This document shows positions 13,873-27,209 of a stretch of 64,000 nt of DNA, in pieces. A program made the position numbers and the translations under genes. Each line of letters starts with the position of its first letter. Positions within the stretch are counted from its first letter, which is position 1. The notes beneath the pieces were generated by a model. The model searched no databases. It worked only from the letters and a program-made list of their open reading frames with translations, and had not been told where the DNA came from. Location of the stretch: the NCBI GenBank assembly GCA_051362555.1, contig CM120644.1, positions 13,414,567-13,478,566 on the forward strand, read 5' to 3'. Source of the DNA: Lingula anatina (taxonomy: Eukaryota; Animalia; Brachiopoda).

Positions 13873-14799
13873 GGTATCAGGACAATCCCCCCCCCCCCCC
13901 CGGACAATCCCCCCCGGACTATTCCTCCCGGACAATTCCCCCCCCCGGACAATTCCCCCCAGGACAATTCCCCCCCTGACGATTCCCCCCCCCCCCCGAA
14001 GAATATATATATTCATATACAAATATAAAGTAAAGAGTACAAAGTTCAAATCTTTTCATCTAATTTCTGAATATTTCTTAGTGTGATGATGCAAATCAAG
14101 GATAGATAATATTAATTTTATAAACAAATTTTTTTCATGGAGTACAAGTACATAAAATTTTCGAGATGGAAGTACAGAACATTTTATTAAAAATCTGATC
14201 AAAGTATATATCTTCAGGTAAAGGAGGGGTAAACATGATCTCACTTATCCAGGTAGCCCTTTGATAAATTAAATGTTACTCTTAATTGCTTTATTTCTCC
14301 CCCCCCCCCCCCGAATCAAGGTGCATCTCTATGGAGAGGTGGGGTAAACAGATTTTCTCGCTTATCCATGTATCCCTGTGACTATTTGCCACTTTTAATT
14401 GCTTGACCACTACCCACCATCCACCATACTAAAAATATTTATAAAATATCTGTTTACCTGTTCATCCACCCCACCTTTACCCGAGGAATAGGTGGTTATA
14501 CTTCCATTAGATATTTAATAAATCTTTCTTTACTTGTACTCAATGAAAAGGCAATTTGTTATGAAATAATTTGTTTCATGATGAAGTTGTATAATCACAC
14601 TAAAAATATTAATAAAGTGGATCAAATGTTTTAAACTTTACACTTTCTACTTTATATTTGTATATAAATATAGGCCTATATTTCTTGGGGGGAATCGTCC
14701 GGGGGGGAATTGTCCCGGGGGGGGGGGGGGGAATTGTCCGAGGGGAATAGTCCGGGGGGGGGGGGGGGGAATTGTCCGGGGGGGAATTGTCCTAGAATC
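13873..14799. mobile_element. MITE with repeat-built TIRs (GGACAATTCn)n and 8-bp TSD
   Basis: AAATATTT is duplicated at 13865-13872 and 14800-14807, with a single AAATATTT at the empty site in copy 2 (~45925). The termini are inverted arrays of GGACAATTCCCCCC. Confidence 0.88.
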
Positions 14800-14859
14800 A
14801 AATATTTCTATTAGTATGAGAAATATAATACTTCTTATAGAAACAAAGTCGTCTTAATT

Positions 14860-16485
14860 CTGTTCTCAGGTGTGCTTTTTGACAAGTTTAAAGCTGAAAT
14901 TGGGGGCTTTAAAGAAGAGATCCGGGCGCGTTTCCACATTTTTTATGAATGACAGGTGTGGTAGATTGATTTTAGTCACATTTCGGAAAAATCGGAGACG
15001 GGTCGATCCTGGGTGATTTTAAGTGATTTTCATAAGGGTCGGATATGGCAGTTTTCTTCAATATTGGCCAAATAGGGAAGATAATTTTTTTCTTCATTAT
15101 AGTGATCAGGAGGTTTGTTTGGTCATTTGTAGTGAGAATAAAGTACTGAAAGACTGCCTGTGTCATTAGTAAGGAAGAAATCTAGCAAAAACTCTCCCTA
15201 CCCCCCCTCTCTCCAAATCCTGTTCTCATGTGTGCTTTTGAGTCATCTTTAAAGCTGAAATTGGGGGCTTTAATGAAGTGATCCGGGCGCGTTTCCGCAT
15301 CTTTTATGAGTGACAGGTGTGGTAGATTGATTTTCGAGACATTTTGGAAAAATCAGAGACGGGTCAATCCTCGGTGATTTTGAGTTATTATCATACGGGC
15401 CGGATATGGTAGTTTTCTTCAATTTTAGCCAAATAGAAAATAATTTTTTCTTCATTATAGTGATCAGGAGGTGTGTTTGGTTATTTGTAGTGAGTGTTAA
15501 CTACTGAAAGAGTGGTTGTGCCATTATGAAGGAAGAAATAGAGCAAAAACTCTCTCCACCCCCCCTCTCTCCAAATCCTGTTCTCATGTGCGCTTTTTGG
15601 CCATCTTTAAAGCTGAAATTGGGGGCTTTAATGAAGTGATCCGGGCGCGTTTCCACATTTTTTATGAATGACAGGTGTGCTAGATTAATTTTCGATACAT
15701 TTTGGAAAAATCAGAGACGGGTCGATTCAAGGCGATTTTGAGTGATTTTCATAATGGCCGGATACGGCAGTTTTCTTCAATTTTCGTCCAAATAGGGAAG
15801 AAAATTGTTTTCTTCATTATAGTGATCAGGAGGTTTGCTTGGTCATTTGTAGTGAGAGTAAAGTACTGGAAGATTGGTTGTGTAATTTTTAAGGAAGAAA
15901 TTCAGCAAAAACTCTTCCCACCACCCTCTCTCCAAATCCTGTTCCCAGGTGTGCTTTTTGGTCATCTTTAAAGATGGAATTGGGGGCTTTAATGAAGTGA
16001 TCCGGGCGCGTTTCCACATTTTTATGAATGACAGGTGTGGTAGATTGTTTTATATCACGTTTTGCAGATATCGGAGACGGGTCGGTCCTGGGTGATTTTA
16101 AGTGATTTTCATAAGGGCCGGATATGGTAGTTTTCTTCAATTTTGGCCAAATGGAAAATAATTTTTTCTTCATTATAGTGACCAGGAGGTGTGTTTGGTT
16201 ATTTGTAGTGAGTGTAAACTACTGGAAGAGTGGTTGTGCCATTATGAAGGAAGAAATAGAGCAAAAACTCTCTCCACCCCCCCTCTCTCCAAACCCTGTT
16301 CTCAGGAGTACTTTTTGGCAATCTTTAAAGATGGAATTGGGGGCTTTAATGAAGTGATCCGGGCGCGTTTCCAAAATTTTTATGAATGACAGGTGTAGTA
16401 GATTGTTTTATATCACGTTTTGCAGAAACCGGAGACGGATCTATTCTGGGTGATTTTGGGTATTTTTGATAAGGACCGTTCATGG
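14860..16485. repeat. ~360-bp tandem repeat, ~4.5 units
   Basis: Unit starts (TGTTCTCAGGTGTGCTTTT) at ~14861, 15221, 15579, 15940 and 16297. Confidence 0.92.
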
Positions 16486-16718
16486 TTTAATCGATATTAA
16501 AACAAGTTCATTTTTTTCGGGGGGGGGGGGGGATACCTATTAATCGATAAAGTATCAACATTCACCTAATTTCCCTAGTGTGGAGTTTTGTGGCAGTAAT
16601 ATATTAAAAAATATGAAATATGAAAGTATGCATGACAGAAGGGACATGTATAATATTTGTTGATTAAAGCGGTGTATATTAACAACTAGTGGTGTCAAAT
16701 CTACGTGTACATGTACAT

Positions 16719-16954
16719 CAGGGGTGGATCCAGGATTTCTTAAAGGGGGAGGGGTCCGATTTTGTTACGGGTTCACCCCCTTGGCCTTAGGTTAGGGGCA
16801 TGCTCTAGGGCCCAGTAAAAATTTGGTGTTTTAGAGGGCAAATTGCACGCATTTAGAACTATTATTCATCTAGACATTTTGGTACGGTTTTTGTAAATCA
16901 GAAATCGAAGGGGAGGGTCCAGACACCCCTGACACCCCCCTAAATCCGCCACTG
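16719..16954. mobile_element. hAT-like MITE with 5-bp TSD
   Basis: TACAT|CAGGGGTGGATCC...TAAATCCGCCACTG|TACAT. Duplicate at ~47422-47660. Confidence 0.7.
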
Positions 16955-18076
16955 TACATGCATTTGACCGTGAACATTCGTGAACAGTTTCAACCACTGT
17001 GGAGGATTTAGGGGGTGTCGGGGGAGTCCGGATCCTCCAGTTCGATTTCTGATTTACAAAAATCGTACCAAGAACGTCTAGCTCAATCATAGGTCTAAAA
17101 CGCCACGTTTATCGGGGCCCTAGACCGTGCCACTGTACATGCATTTGACCGTGAATATTCGTGAACAGATTCAACCACAATCCCTCACCTAAAATGAGCC
17201 ATACCTGTCTCTAATTTGCATAACAATAAGTTGCTCACCGTAGTGCGAGCTGTCTTCCGAATGCTCACTAGACAGTAGGACACAGCAGGGTGAAGACGCA
17301 ATGTTCAGCATGTGTGGTGCAGACGCAAGGGCGAGCTTTTATGAGGTGGAGAAGCAATTTCATGCTTCGTAAGTATTACTTTTTCTTCAGTGATCTATGA
17401 CATTAGATGGAAAAAGCGTAGAAGAATGCAATAAAAATTTACGACAAGTATTTATGTTACAACTCTTTGTTATACTTTACTGCCGTTTCTGTTACTCAGT
17501 ATGTATATGCCTATATTAGCTAGCAAATGAGTACATGTAGATGGGCATATATATATTACTTTAAAGATCACGGACTATTTTAGGTGATAATAGTAATACC
17601 ATTCTTGTCACAGTTCTGAATTTTTGACCCATCAACGTGTACACAAACTTAATGGTCAAAGTTTATCAAAAATTAAACGTCTCCTTTTACGACAATCAGG
17701 ATAGTTTAAAAAGAAATAAAATACCCCTTTGATTTAAATTATCTTATGGTTACTTTTGTCTCTTTGAAGTTTCATTTCATTTCTTTAATTCAGTTTTTGT
17801 AGGTTTGTTTATTTTATTATAAACGTACCTGTAAAAATGTTTGTAAGCTATGTTGAAAAACGGGAAATTTGATAAAGAGGAATATGTCCCCCAAACGTGT
17901 GATGCATAGCGATTTTAGATATTACAACATTAAAATAAATCACTGTCCCTAGTTACCTCCACAAGTTAAAGAAATGTGGTCAGTGTTTATTTTTTTTCAA
18001 AGCATGATATCTCAAATACCTTTATCATTAACTTGAGGTCTTAATTTTGACGTAACGTAACCTTGATGTCGATTGC

Positions 18077-18850
18077 TTTTTTTATGTACAGACACAGATG
18101 TGTCTGTAAATATTGCCGTCACCTGCGTCTGTCGTCGTCACTTTCACCGATAACACGATAAGTGGAAAACCATTTTACTGTTTGGCTTGAAATTTGAAAG
18201 ATCTGATGAATATTTATAATCCATAGGTCAAGTTCGAAAATCAGCATGATCGGGGTATTTTTTCAAAAGTTATGCTGTATTTTTTTTTGCTTTCTTCAGC
18301 ATATATGCAATACTGATAACACAATTCAAGGAAGCTGATAAGCCTATTGTTTTGCAACTCACAGGAGTGATCAATCTTACTAAAATACAGGTTGGGTTTG
18401 AAAATCAGCTTGATTGATTCAGTTTTAGTGAAGTTATGACATTTTTTGTATATGGGTGTTTTTTCCTCAGATTTAATTCTAAGGCATGTAAACAGTCTCA
18501 TTATTGAACTAAAAGATACGTAAAAGTGTTCTTTTGACATTTTCTGCATCTTAACAACATTGTTAGTTGATTATATAAAAATGTCAAAAAAAAAAAAAAA
18601 TGGAAATAAACTCAGTTTGGCAGATTCAATCATTCACTATGTTCAGAATCTCAGAATAGAGCAAATTGGACATTTAAAATTGTTCTATTGAAATTTTTCC
18701 TATGCCAACAATTATCTTAGTTGATCATATAAACATGACAGTAAATTGGTTATTTTGCTTTATGTAAAAAACGTGTTGAAAATGGAAAGAAATGCATTTC
18801 AGTAGGGGTCAGTCTATAATTGTCCCCTGGGTAATTATTAGCTATGTTCA
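18077..18850 (+). mobile_element. Interspersed repeat, probably HINE-like; duplicate at ~48777-49555
   Basis: 5' hairpin TACAGACAC-AGAT-GTGTCTGTA, then GTC-rich microrepeats. The body is homologous to the repeats at 63150-64000. Confidence 0.45.
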
Positions 18851-19849
18851 CTTGCCTAATTAAGTTTCAAGTGGCCATTAAATGAGATTTCATAAAACAC
18901 ATGTTGAGATTTCCCTGTAAACTCCCATCAGTTTAGCTCTATGCCAGATACAGTTTGTGAAAGTCTGAATTGTTTGCGTCGTGTAATTAATTATCGGGGA
19001 TAATTATGCAGGTAAATATTGTTTAATATTGCAAATAAGTTTGCAGAAGAAAAAAAACTTTTGTGTAATGCCAATATTAACGCTATAGATGAATAACAGT
19101 GCTTTATTATCCTCAAACTCAATGGAGTTATTAATGTCATGTTAATACAGCTGGATTCAAAGTTCGAATAGCAGCTTTATTGGTATTTATATATATTTTT
19201 TTCTTTTCCAATTTTTTTTAATTATTATTTTTCAAACACTGACATTTTCAAATGTGACTTAACTCCCATCCACCTGGCCCTGGTTTCAGCCAGTTTCCTG
19301 GCTTAGTTGACTAGGATTCCAAGAGAGTGCTTTTACACTGCTCCCCGTAGGGTAAGATGTGACCATATAACCTTGGTAATTAAGTTGTTAGCCAAGGAAA
19401 TTGACAAGTTTATTATTATTTTTTTTATTTATTTTTTTTTGTGAAACATGGGGGCCTGAACCTCTGTACAATTTCTGTATTTCCACATAAGCTATAATAT
19501 TGGTGTTAATGGAGTTAAATATTATGTAATATTGTTTTGTACTGTCATATTCTTCACATATTGGGATTTTCATTATGTGAATTTGAACTCTCATGATCCT
19601 GAAACTGTAATGGTAGTGACCATCTTACCTGTTGTGCACGATTAGAATTTAGCGTTCACTGTGCTGTCATTAGCCTTATTTATTATTACATCAAAATGAC
19701 AAATTGATCTTTATTCTGCGTCCTCATTTCTGCTTTCTGTCTGTACATTTGACAGCTTTGCTGCCTTTTTTGTGCTATCCGAGCCTGAACATCGGACAAG
19801 TCAGTAAACACCCACATCAATTTAAGTGCCCTCTTCTTTTCGATGTAAA

Positions 19850-20289
19850 AAGTATGTGTCGTATCTTCCGAGCCTGACGTTTAGTTATATATTGTTAAAA
19901 AACGGTCCACTCGTTTTAATACTGAGGATGATTTTATTTTAGAACATTCTGTTTTAGAGAAGGGTTGCCTCAAAAGTTATGGAGATCGTGCTTTTATAAT
20001 TTACGCCCCAAAGGTGTGGAATGGTCTACTAAATTTCATAAGAAAAACAGAAGACTTTGACAATTTTAAATCTATTTTAAAGACCCACATTTTTTAATTC
20101 TGTCTATATCTCTTAGATTTGTTAAAATATATATATGTATTTTAATAAGATTGAATTTTAGTAGTGTAAATTTTAAATGGCTTCCAATGAGAGTTTATGA
20201 TTAAAATATTGTAGTCATTTTAATGATTTTAGTATATTAGCCATTATTGTAAGGCGCCTTGAGATAGAATGTAAGGCGCCATATAAGAA

Positions 20290-20330
<41 letters not shown>
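19850..20330 (+). mobile_element. 5'-truncated L2/CR1-group LINE 3' end
   Basis: Translates LKSYGDRAFIIYAPKVWNGLLNFIRKTEDFDNFKSILKTHIF, typical of the ORF2 C-terminus (GDRAF..AP..WN..FK..LKTH). A 3' UTR and (ATT)n tail follow. The 5' boundary is approximate. Confidence 0.8.
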
Positions 20331-20331
<1 letters not shown>

Positions 20332-21354
20332 AATTACCTTCTCATTTCAGGAGTCTACTGAGATACTGAGAACTGTACGACAGCCGCCTGCTAGCAACCA
20401 AGTCTTTCGTCCACGTTCTGGGACCCTACGCGCATTCATGCATCTATTTTGATAAAGTTGAATAAATGCGTTTGTAATTCCTTGTTTTTTCTCTTTGATA
20501 TGAAATAATGATGATAAAAATATAAGAATTAATAAAGGAAAAGGGGTAAAATTATAAATATGTGATTACTGTCTGAGCACTTTTAAGTTTAGTCTGCTAA
20601 AACTGATCTGTAAATATTGAGTTTGATTTTTACAGTAACAGAATGTCCTAAATCATGCAGTGTTTTGTAAATAATTGAGTTTGAGTATTTTAAGAAAACT
20701 ACAAGATTTTACAACAGCCCACATTTATAAATACAATTTGTATGAATTAACGACTCCCTTTTTGAAAATCTATTCTACATTTTGTTCTTTATTTAAAGTT
20801 TTTTATATTTCTTGGAATGAATTAGTTCGTCCTCCCTGATGCCATTTTCATAATTTAATACGAGTCCATTTTTAAAGGGTTCTGGTTTTTGCTACAGAAA
20901 ATTGATTCTAATTTTACGCCCTTCTCATCTGATGAATGCTTCAATTTTAAACAAAAATGAAAAAGTTGACACACTTTTTGAAATGGTAACAGTTGAAATC
21001 TGCTTCTCCAACAAAGCATGGGTTCTGTGTATTCCGATATCTTTTAAAGATCTAATTAAATGAATATAAAAAATGTATTGATCCTTTAATTTCATTTTTA
21101 TATTTATTTCCACATATGCACAGACAAAAAGATAAAACTTTTATTAAGTTGTGGAAAAGCAAATTTTGAGACCAAAAATTTTGTCTATTTCTGCATTATA
21201 CAAGTTTATGTCATCCTAAAACTTTAGTAACGTTATTAAAATGCGTTCTTTATACACCTAATTGCAGCGGCATTAAAATGTAATTTTGTGATGATTTAAC
21301 TTGCATGTGCTCCTCAAAGTGGTCTTACCCCACATCGCACACCTCAAGTGGGAT

Positions 21355-21955
21355 AATATTGACCCACCTGCCACCCCTCATTTGGAATTAATTAACCCTA
21401 CCTGTGACCCCTCAAATCGAATGGACTCGCCCTACCTGTCACCCCTTAAATCAAATGGACTTGCCCCACCCGTCACCCCTCAAATGGAATGGACTCGCCC
21501 CACCTGTCACCCCTCAAATGGAATGGATTCACCCTACCTGTCACCCCTCAAATCGAATGGTCTAGCCCCACCTGTCACCCCTTTGAGGGAATGGACTCAC
21601 CCCACCTGTCACCCCTCTGACGAAATGGACTCGCCCCATCCGTCACCCCTCTGACGAAATTGACTCACCCCACCCGTCACCCCTCAAATGGAATGGACTC
21701 GTCCCACCTGTCACCCCTCAAATGGAATGAACTCGCCCCACCTGTCACCCCCTCTGATGGAATGGAATTGCCCCACCTGTCACCCCCTCTGATGGAATGG
21801 ACTATCCCCACCTGTCACCCCTCAAACGGAATGAACTCGCCCCACCTGTCACCCCTCTGACGGAATGGACTCGCCCCACCTGTCACCCCCTCTGACGGAA
21901 TGGACTCGCCCCACCTGTCACCCCTCAAATCAAATGGTCTTGACCCATTTGTTAC
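21355..21955. repeat. 34-bp minisatellite (~17 units)
   Basis: Consensus GGAATGGACTCGCCCCACCTGTCACCCCTCAAAT, period 34. Confidence 0.93.
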
Positions 21956-22438
21956 ACTTCAAAAAGAATTCTTTTCATGTCACCCACATCTATGCAATCA
22001 CTCAAACCAGACTCCTATGAAACTATAAAACAGTCATTCCAGTGTGATATTTATTTATTCATTTCGAACATCTTTTGCAACAGAAAATCATGGTGAGGAA
22101 CTATAATAAATATAAATATATGCACACTTAGATTAACACAGACTCTAGTCAAATAATTTTAAAAAATATGAATTACTCACATTTGGAAAATGTGGTTTGG
22201 ACTTGCATAGGTATACTTGTTCCTAATACTTTCTCTATTTGTACTGGAATTTCAATACCAGTATTCACGTTTTATACTTAAAGAAACCAATATCGAATTT
22301 AAAAAGGGCGTCAAGCTATATTTAAAATTCAAGGAAAAAAATGTCAATTTTTTCCATGGACATTTAAAAGTATCATTAGTACTGTATGTTGTGATTTGAG
22401 GGGTGACACATAATGCACTAAACAGTTCTCATTCCACT

Positions 22439-22609
22439 CAGGGGCGGATTGAGGTGGTCTGCTGGGTCTTCCGGAAGACGGTCAAATTTCTAAGTTTACA
22501 TTGATGAGTACCTATTTTTTATGTCGGAAGACGGTCAAAAATGTAGGATGGAACAATACAACAAAGATAATGTGGAAGACTGTCAGAAACATCTCTGGAT
22601 ACGCCCCTG
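22439..22609. mobile_element. hAT-like MITE with 5-bp TSD
   Basis: CCACT|CAGGGGCGGAT...ATACGCCCCTG|CCACT. Duplicate at ~53152-53322. Confidence 0.7.
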
Positions 22610-25600
22610 CCACTGTATATATACGGCTTCCTCTCTTGCTTCTTTTTCGCTTTAATATCAAGCACAGAACGGGACAGGGAAATTTCTAAAGATATTAGTT
22701 CACTTTGTAGGAGGACAAGGTAATCTACTTCAAACGTAAACTTCTTCGACTTTAGGTCCTTGCAACGTTTCTGTCTATCCTTTTACAGCGATATTAGCTC
22801 ACTCAGTCAGTGGACAAGGTACTGTAGTCTATATTAACGCTTACGGCTTTGGGTCTTCACAGCGTTTCTGTCTATCTTTTTTCTTACACTTTCCTATGTA
22901 CTTCGTGTAATTTTCAGTTTCATTTTTAGGTTATTTTTCTTGTATTTTCAATTTGTGTCCAGTACTTATACACGTACATTTTACGTTACACTTTTGTTCC
23001 TGTTACCGGGAGGCCTACTTATTGTTTAATTTCTTTTCTTTCAGTTTAACGGTTGGTTTTGGGTGAATAAATTGAATAAACCAAATCAATCAGTGTGAGT
23101 TTCTTGACCGAGTGCAGCTACAGTACGGTTACCTACAGTGTAACATTTAAGGGCGACAACTTAGGCAACCTGTACATTTACGTATGCACTGTACATGTAC
23201 TACATTATTGGGTCATTTAATTTCTTTCCACTTGTAAACTCTACTAGACGAATTTTTACTCACAAAACATTTTCTTCAACCGTGGTTCCACCAAACATGT
23301 ACGCAATGGGTCCGAGCTTCAACCACACATCATCTTGCAAGTCATCTTGTTACAGGGTCTAGCTGTCAAGTGACCAGCCAGGAGCACAGCTCGCACTGCG
23401 ATGCATGGCTTATTGTTATGCAAATTACAACTGGTACAGTGCATGGCACAAGGGATTTGTGGCAATCTGTCTCAAAGAACGGCGAATCTACAGAATATTA
23501 TTTTACTGTTGTGACAAGGCTATAACCCCGGCCCAACAGAATTATTTGTCACCATGCATCATATTTCTCAAGGCAACAGTTTATATTAAATCAAAAATTA
23601 AAAATAATAATGAAGATAGATATAACAACTCAAATAACATTATTATAATATTATCTATACGTCCCAGGCGTTTTTTCTATGTATCATGAAAAATAAATAC
23701 AAATACAGTGGTGCTCATTGTATGTAAATGTGCAAATAAAATCTGAGTTAACAATAAAGGGCATGTTTCTTAATAATAACCTTTGTTATGTCACCATAGG
23801 TAAAATGGGTTGTTTGCAAATAAGAGCTTTTCTAATTTCTATTTGGAAAATGCTCTACAAAGTGTGAACTGAATTAATGCTTTGACAAACTTCCGTAAAA
23901 AAGTGCCTGGGCCATTTATCAGTGTACTATTATAGTTTTATAAGAGCAAATGGGTTCGAATTGGTAAGCTTAGCGTATCTTAAGTACATAACAAAGCTCT
24001 GACATGCTGTGGACCGACGTACATCACGTCCGGAAACCGTTTGTGCTCCAATACACCATGACCCCATCCTCCGTTTGGGCTAGTCTTTTTATCAGAGGTG
24101 TTGTAAATAAAATATAAACCTGCAGCTGTATATATCAAGCTCTGCAGAGAGTATACAACAGTGAAGCTTCAGTTGTGTTTTGATTTGGTGTAGATGTAGA
24201 TGTAGATGTAGAAATATGCCAGATTAGTTCAATGCGGCGTATTTAAATGTGTTAGATGTACTAACAGAATGGGCGGAAATTGCCTTCTCTCTCTCTCTCT
24301 CTCTCTTTTTTTTTGGGAGGGGTAGTAATGGGTTGTGTGGACAATAATATACTTGGCTAAAAACGCTCTATGTTTGACAATGTTATATGTAAATTTTACC
24401 ATTTGGTTAATCAGAGATGACAAGTGGAACTGCAGTTCCAGAAGGGGTAGGGAGAGGAGGGTGCACAAAGTAAGAACCATGCGCCCTAAAGTCTGCAGTC
24501 CATGCGTTAGCACAATTACTAGACCTACACATATCAGAAAACTTTAATCGATGTGTTAACTGTGAAATATCGTGCTAGCACATACATTCTACCTGTATCA
24601 ATATGAAAAATATCCAATAAGAAAACTTCATCAAATAAGAATCTCGACCAATGTCCCCTTTAAGCTCGAAGAAAGTGGAGCACGTGTTTAAATCCCACAT
24701 ATTTCTTCTGGTGGGTGTCGGAAACAAAAAATTATGTGGCGACCAGGTTGGGTCGCCATAGCATCATAATAGTTCGGTGTATTCTCATTGCAATACTGCA
24801 TATTTATTACTTGATCTTCAGTGGAAATAGCACGGGTATGTCACGGGTAAATTACGACGTAATCTGATATATGTACAGGGGGAAATTAGGCTACTCTTGT
24901 TCTTCCTTGACATTTCATGTCCAGTAATATCGTCGCACACTTGAAACAAAATAAACATATCTGTGCTCCAGTCGGTGAAATAGTAATCCAAGTGTTATAG
25001 TGGTCTATAGGATGTAAATTATATACACATTTGAAGTTGAGGACCAATGCATTACACATGTAGTTGTAATGATAGAGAGTTTATTAAAACACCGAAAATA
25101 CAATCTGATACATGTACAAGTCCTTGGTTTGAGTAACTACGTATTAAAATAAAGAAAGCCACTTCAAATGTGTGTTTCAGAAAATGACGCAGTTTACACA
25201 CTGACCCATTTGGTAAATAAATCAATCTTGAAACTTGAAAGTTCGTCTACTTTTATAAGTATTTTACTTAAAGGAAAAATTTATCTGTAAAACAATAGGT
25301 CTTTATTCAGCTGGTATGAGGAAGTCTTTTTTGAAAATTCATTCCACTGACCAGTACGATTGGTCGATAAAACAAAGATGTCAACGTAAATTGTAAATCT
25401 GTTAAAATAGTAGATGCTGAAACTTTCATGCTTTATGTATTACTCATTATTATATATTACTATGTATTACGTCATGAATTACTCGAACGCTAACGGCCAT
25501 GTTTTTATTTGGGTTTTAAACTCATGTTGGCAAAGTGAACTCTTTGGTTTTCAAGCTTGTCTCAATTTTTGCATTATTGCATAAAATTAATTATAACTTA

Positions 25601-25752
25601 CTGGATGTAGATTTCAAAAAAACAATCAATATCATGTTAAAACAAAACATGCGCACTGTTGCAAATGTGCGACTTTTCTCCAATCTGGTTGCTGGATGAC
25701 TAAAGTTATAGACCGGTTTTCCGATCTTAACGGGCCGGGTAGGATCCCTTGA

Positions 25753-25895
25753 TTACATGCCTTGGTAATCTTTTTTGGAAGACGTCGTCTTCACAATAAC
25801 AACGATAATAATCACGACCACCACTGCGATAACAGCCGCTGTGACTCCAACGATTAAAGGCATGTTGTCCTCCAGTAACTTCTCCACGGTACTCA
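25753..25895 (-). pseudogene. Orphan duplicate of the terminal TM/tail exon of the EGF gene
   Basis: Same sequence as 56492-56634, including its acceptor, but the preceding intron is cut at the duplication breakpoint 26218. Confidence 0.8.
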
Positions 25896-26218
25896 CTGAA
25901 AATGTATTGGTTTGTCTATTAGATGTTCCAGTAATTTGAATACAAGCATATAGTGATCAATTTGTTTTTGTGTAAGACTTTATTTCATTCACAGTTTTTT
26001 TAGTTTTATTGGTGGTTCGTTTCAGGTTTCAAGGATTTAATGATACTGTTTAAAATGCCATTGTACATACACTACTTGTTTATTAAAGTAGATGTTCTTA
26101 TATATAGTTCGATCTGAAATACTCTGTCGACCAATCTATGTATTAGTCTGCCTGATCGTAGTAAGAGTTTAGGGATATTCTATTTTCACATTAATCTGTA
26201 AGAAGGCGAACTTTACGA

Positions 26219-27153
26219 TAAGGCCACACTTTTTTATTTTTATGGATGGCATCCTCTGGGGACCCCGAAATCGGTGCGAGAGGGCGAAAAAAAAAAACAG
26301 AAAAAAAAAAAATTAACCCTTAAGTAAAGGAATGCTGTCAGTACACAGCTGGAAACACAATGTTACCACAGAAACACGTATCAAACAAACAATATATCTT
26401 TATCCATGCTCTCAAAACATTAAAGGTACATACGAACCGAGCATCGGTGGAGCATGGATTCCCAGTAACACATGTGAACCACTTCTACTATTTTTTTTAT
26501 ACGACTCTAATAAATTCGACATGCCAAGGGATAAACTGAATAAATCACCCGACTAGCCATAAAAGAGCTTTAGAGAGATCCTTTCTTTAAGTTTTTGGTT
26601 GTCAATTTAACCTACTTTCGTGACCTACTTTTCTGCCCCATTGACATACAGCATAGAATGCTAGCAGAAAAATCTGTTCAAATATCACTTTCGGGTAAAA
26701 TTAAACAATGCCTTTTGGTAATTCTCTTAGTTATACTACTTGAAACGATATGCTGGCATTTGGTTGGTTTTTATGACAAAAAAATTGACTTTTTATGTAT
26801 CTTTAAAGCATTGTGAATATTTCGTAGAAAGGTAAACAAAATCATGAATAGATATGCTGCACATTACCAAATCTATTTAAAATTATTTTATGCATTTTTT
26901 TGGTATAGCAATCAATAAAACAAATATTAAGCAAACAGTGTGTCTTTATTTGTGCTCTCAGAATATTAAAGCATTATGAAAGCTTTACAGAAATGTTAAA
27001 AAATCATGCAAAGATAACAAATCTATTAAAGGTAATTTCGGTCGTTACCGTTTTGTCTACTTTGACTCGCACGAAGCAGCCAAACTGTCGGTGACCTGTC
27101 CAACCTTTACCCAACCAAATACCTCGCCACCCTTGTCGACCCTGTTTTCGCTA

Positions 27154-27209
<56 letters not shown>

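Larger units (their letters stand above)
1221..26218 (+). repeat. Tandem segmental duplication, copy 1 (~25 kb)
   Basis: Colinear with 27606-56958. Starts CGACTCAAGGTGCCTTTAGG and ends AGAAGGCGAACTTTACGA. Confidence 0.93.

Noticed and set aside
13719-14086. Gly-rich and Pro-rich ORFs
   Set aside because: They are translations of the repeat-built TIR of the 13873-14799 MITE.
17300-20466. Possible small spliced gene (donor GTAAGT ~17369, acceptor ~20350, AATAAA 20461)
   Set aside because: It would encode only ~28 aa, copy 2 has an indel and a stop, and there is no homology. A lncRNA cannot be excluded but is unsupported.
21301-21860. Pro-rich repetitive ORFs (also 51986-52743), and the array as a possible CRISPR
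   Set aside because: These are translations of a 34-bp minisatellite whose unit is not a multiple of 3. There are no unique spacers, and the context is eukaryotic.
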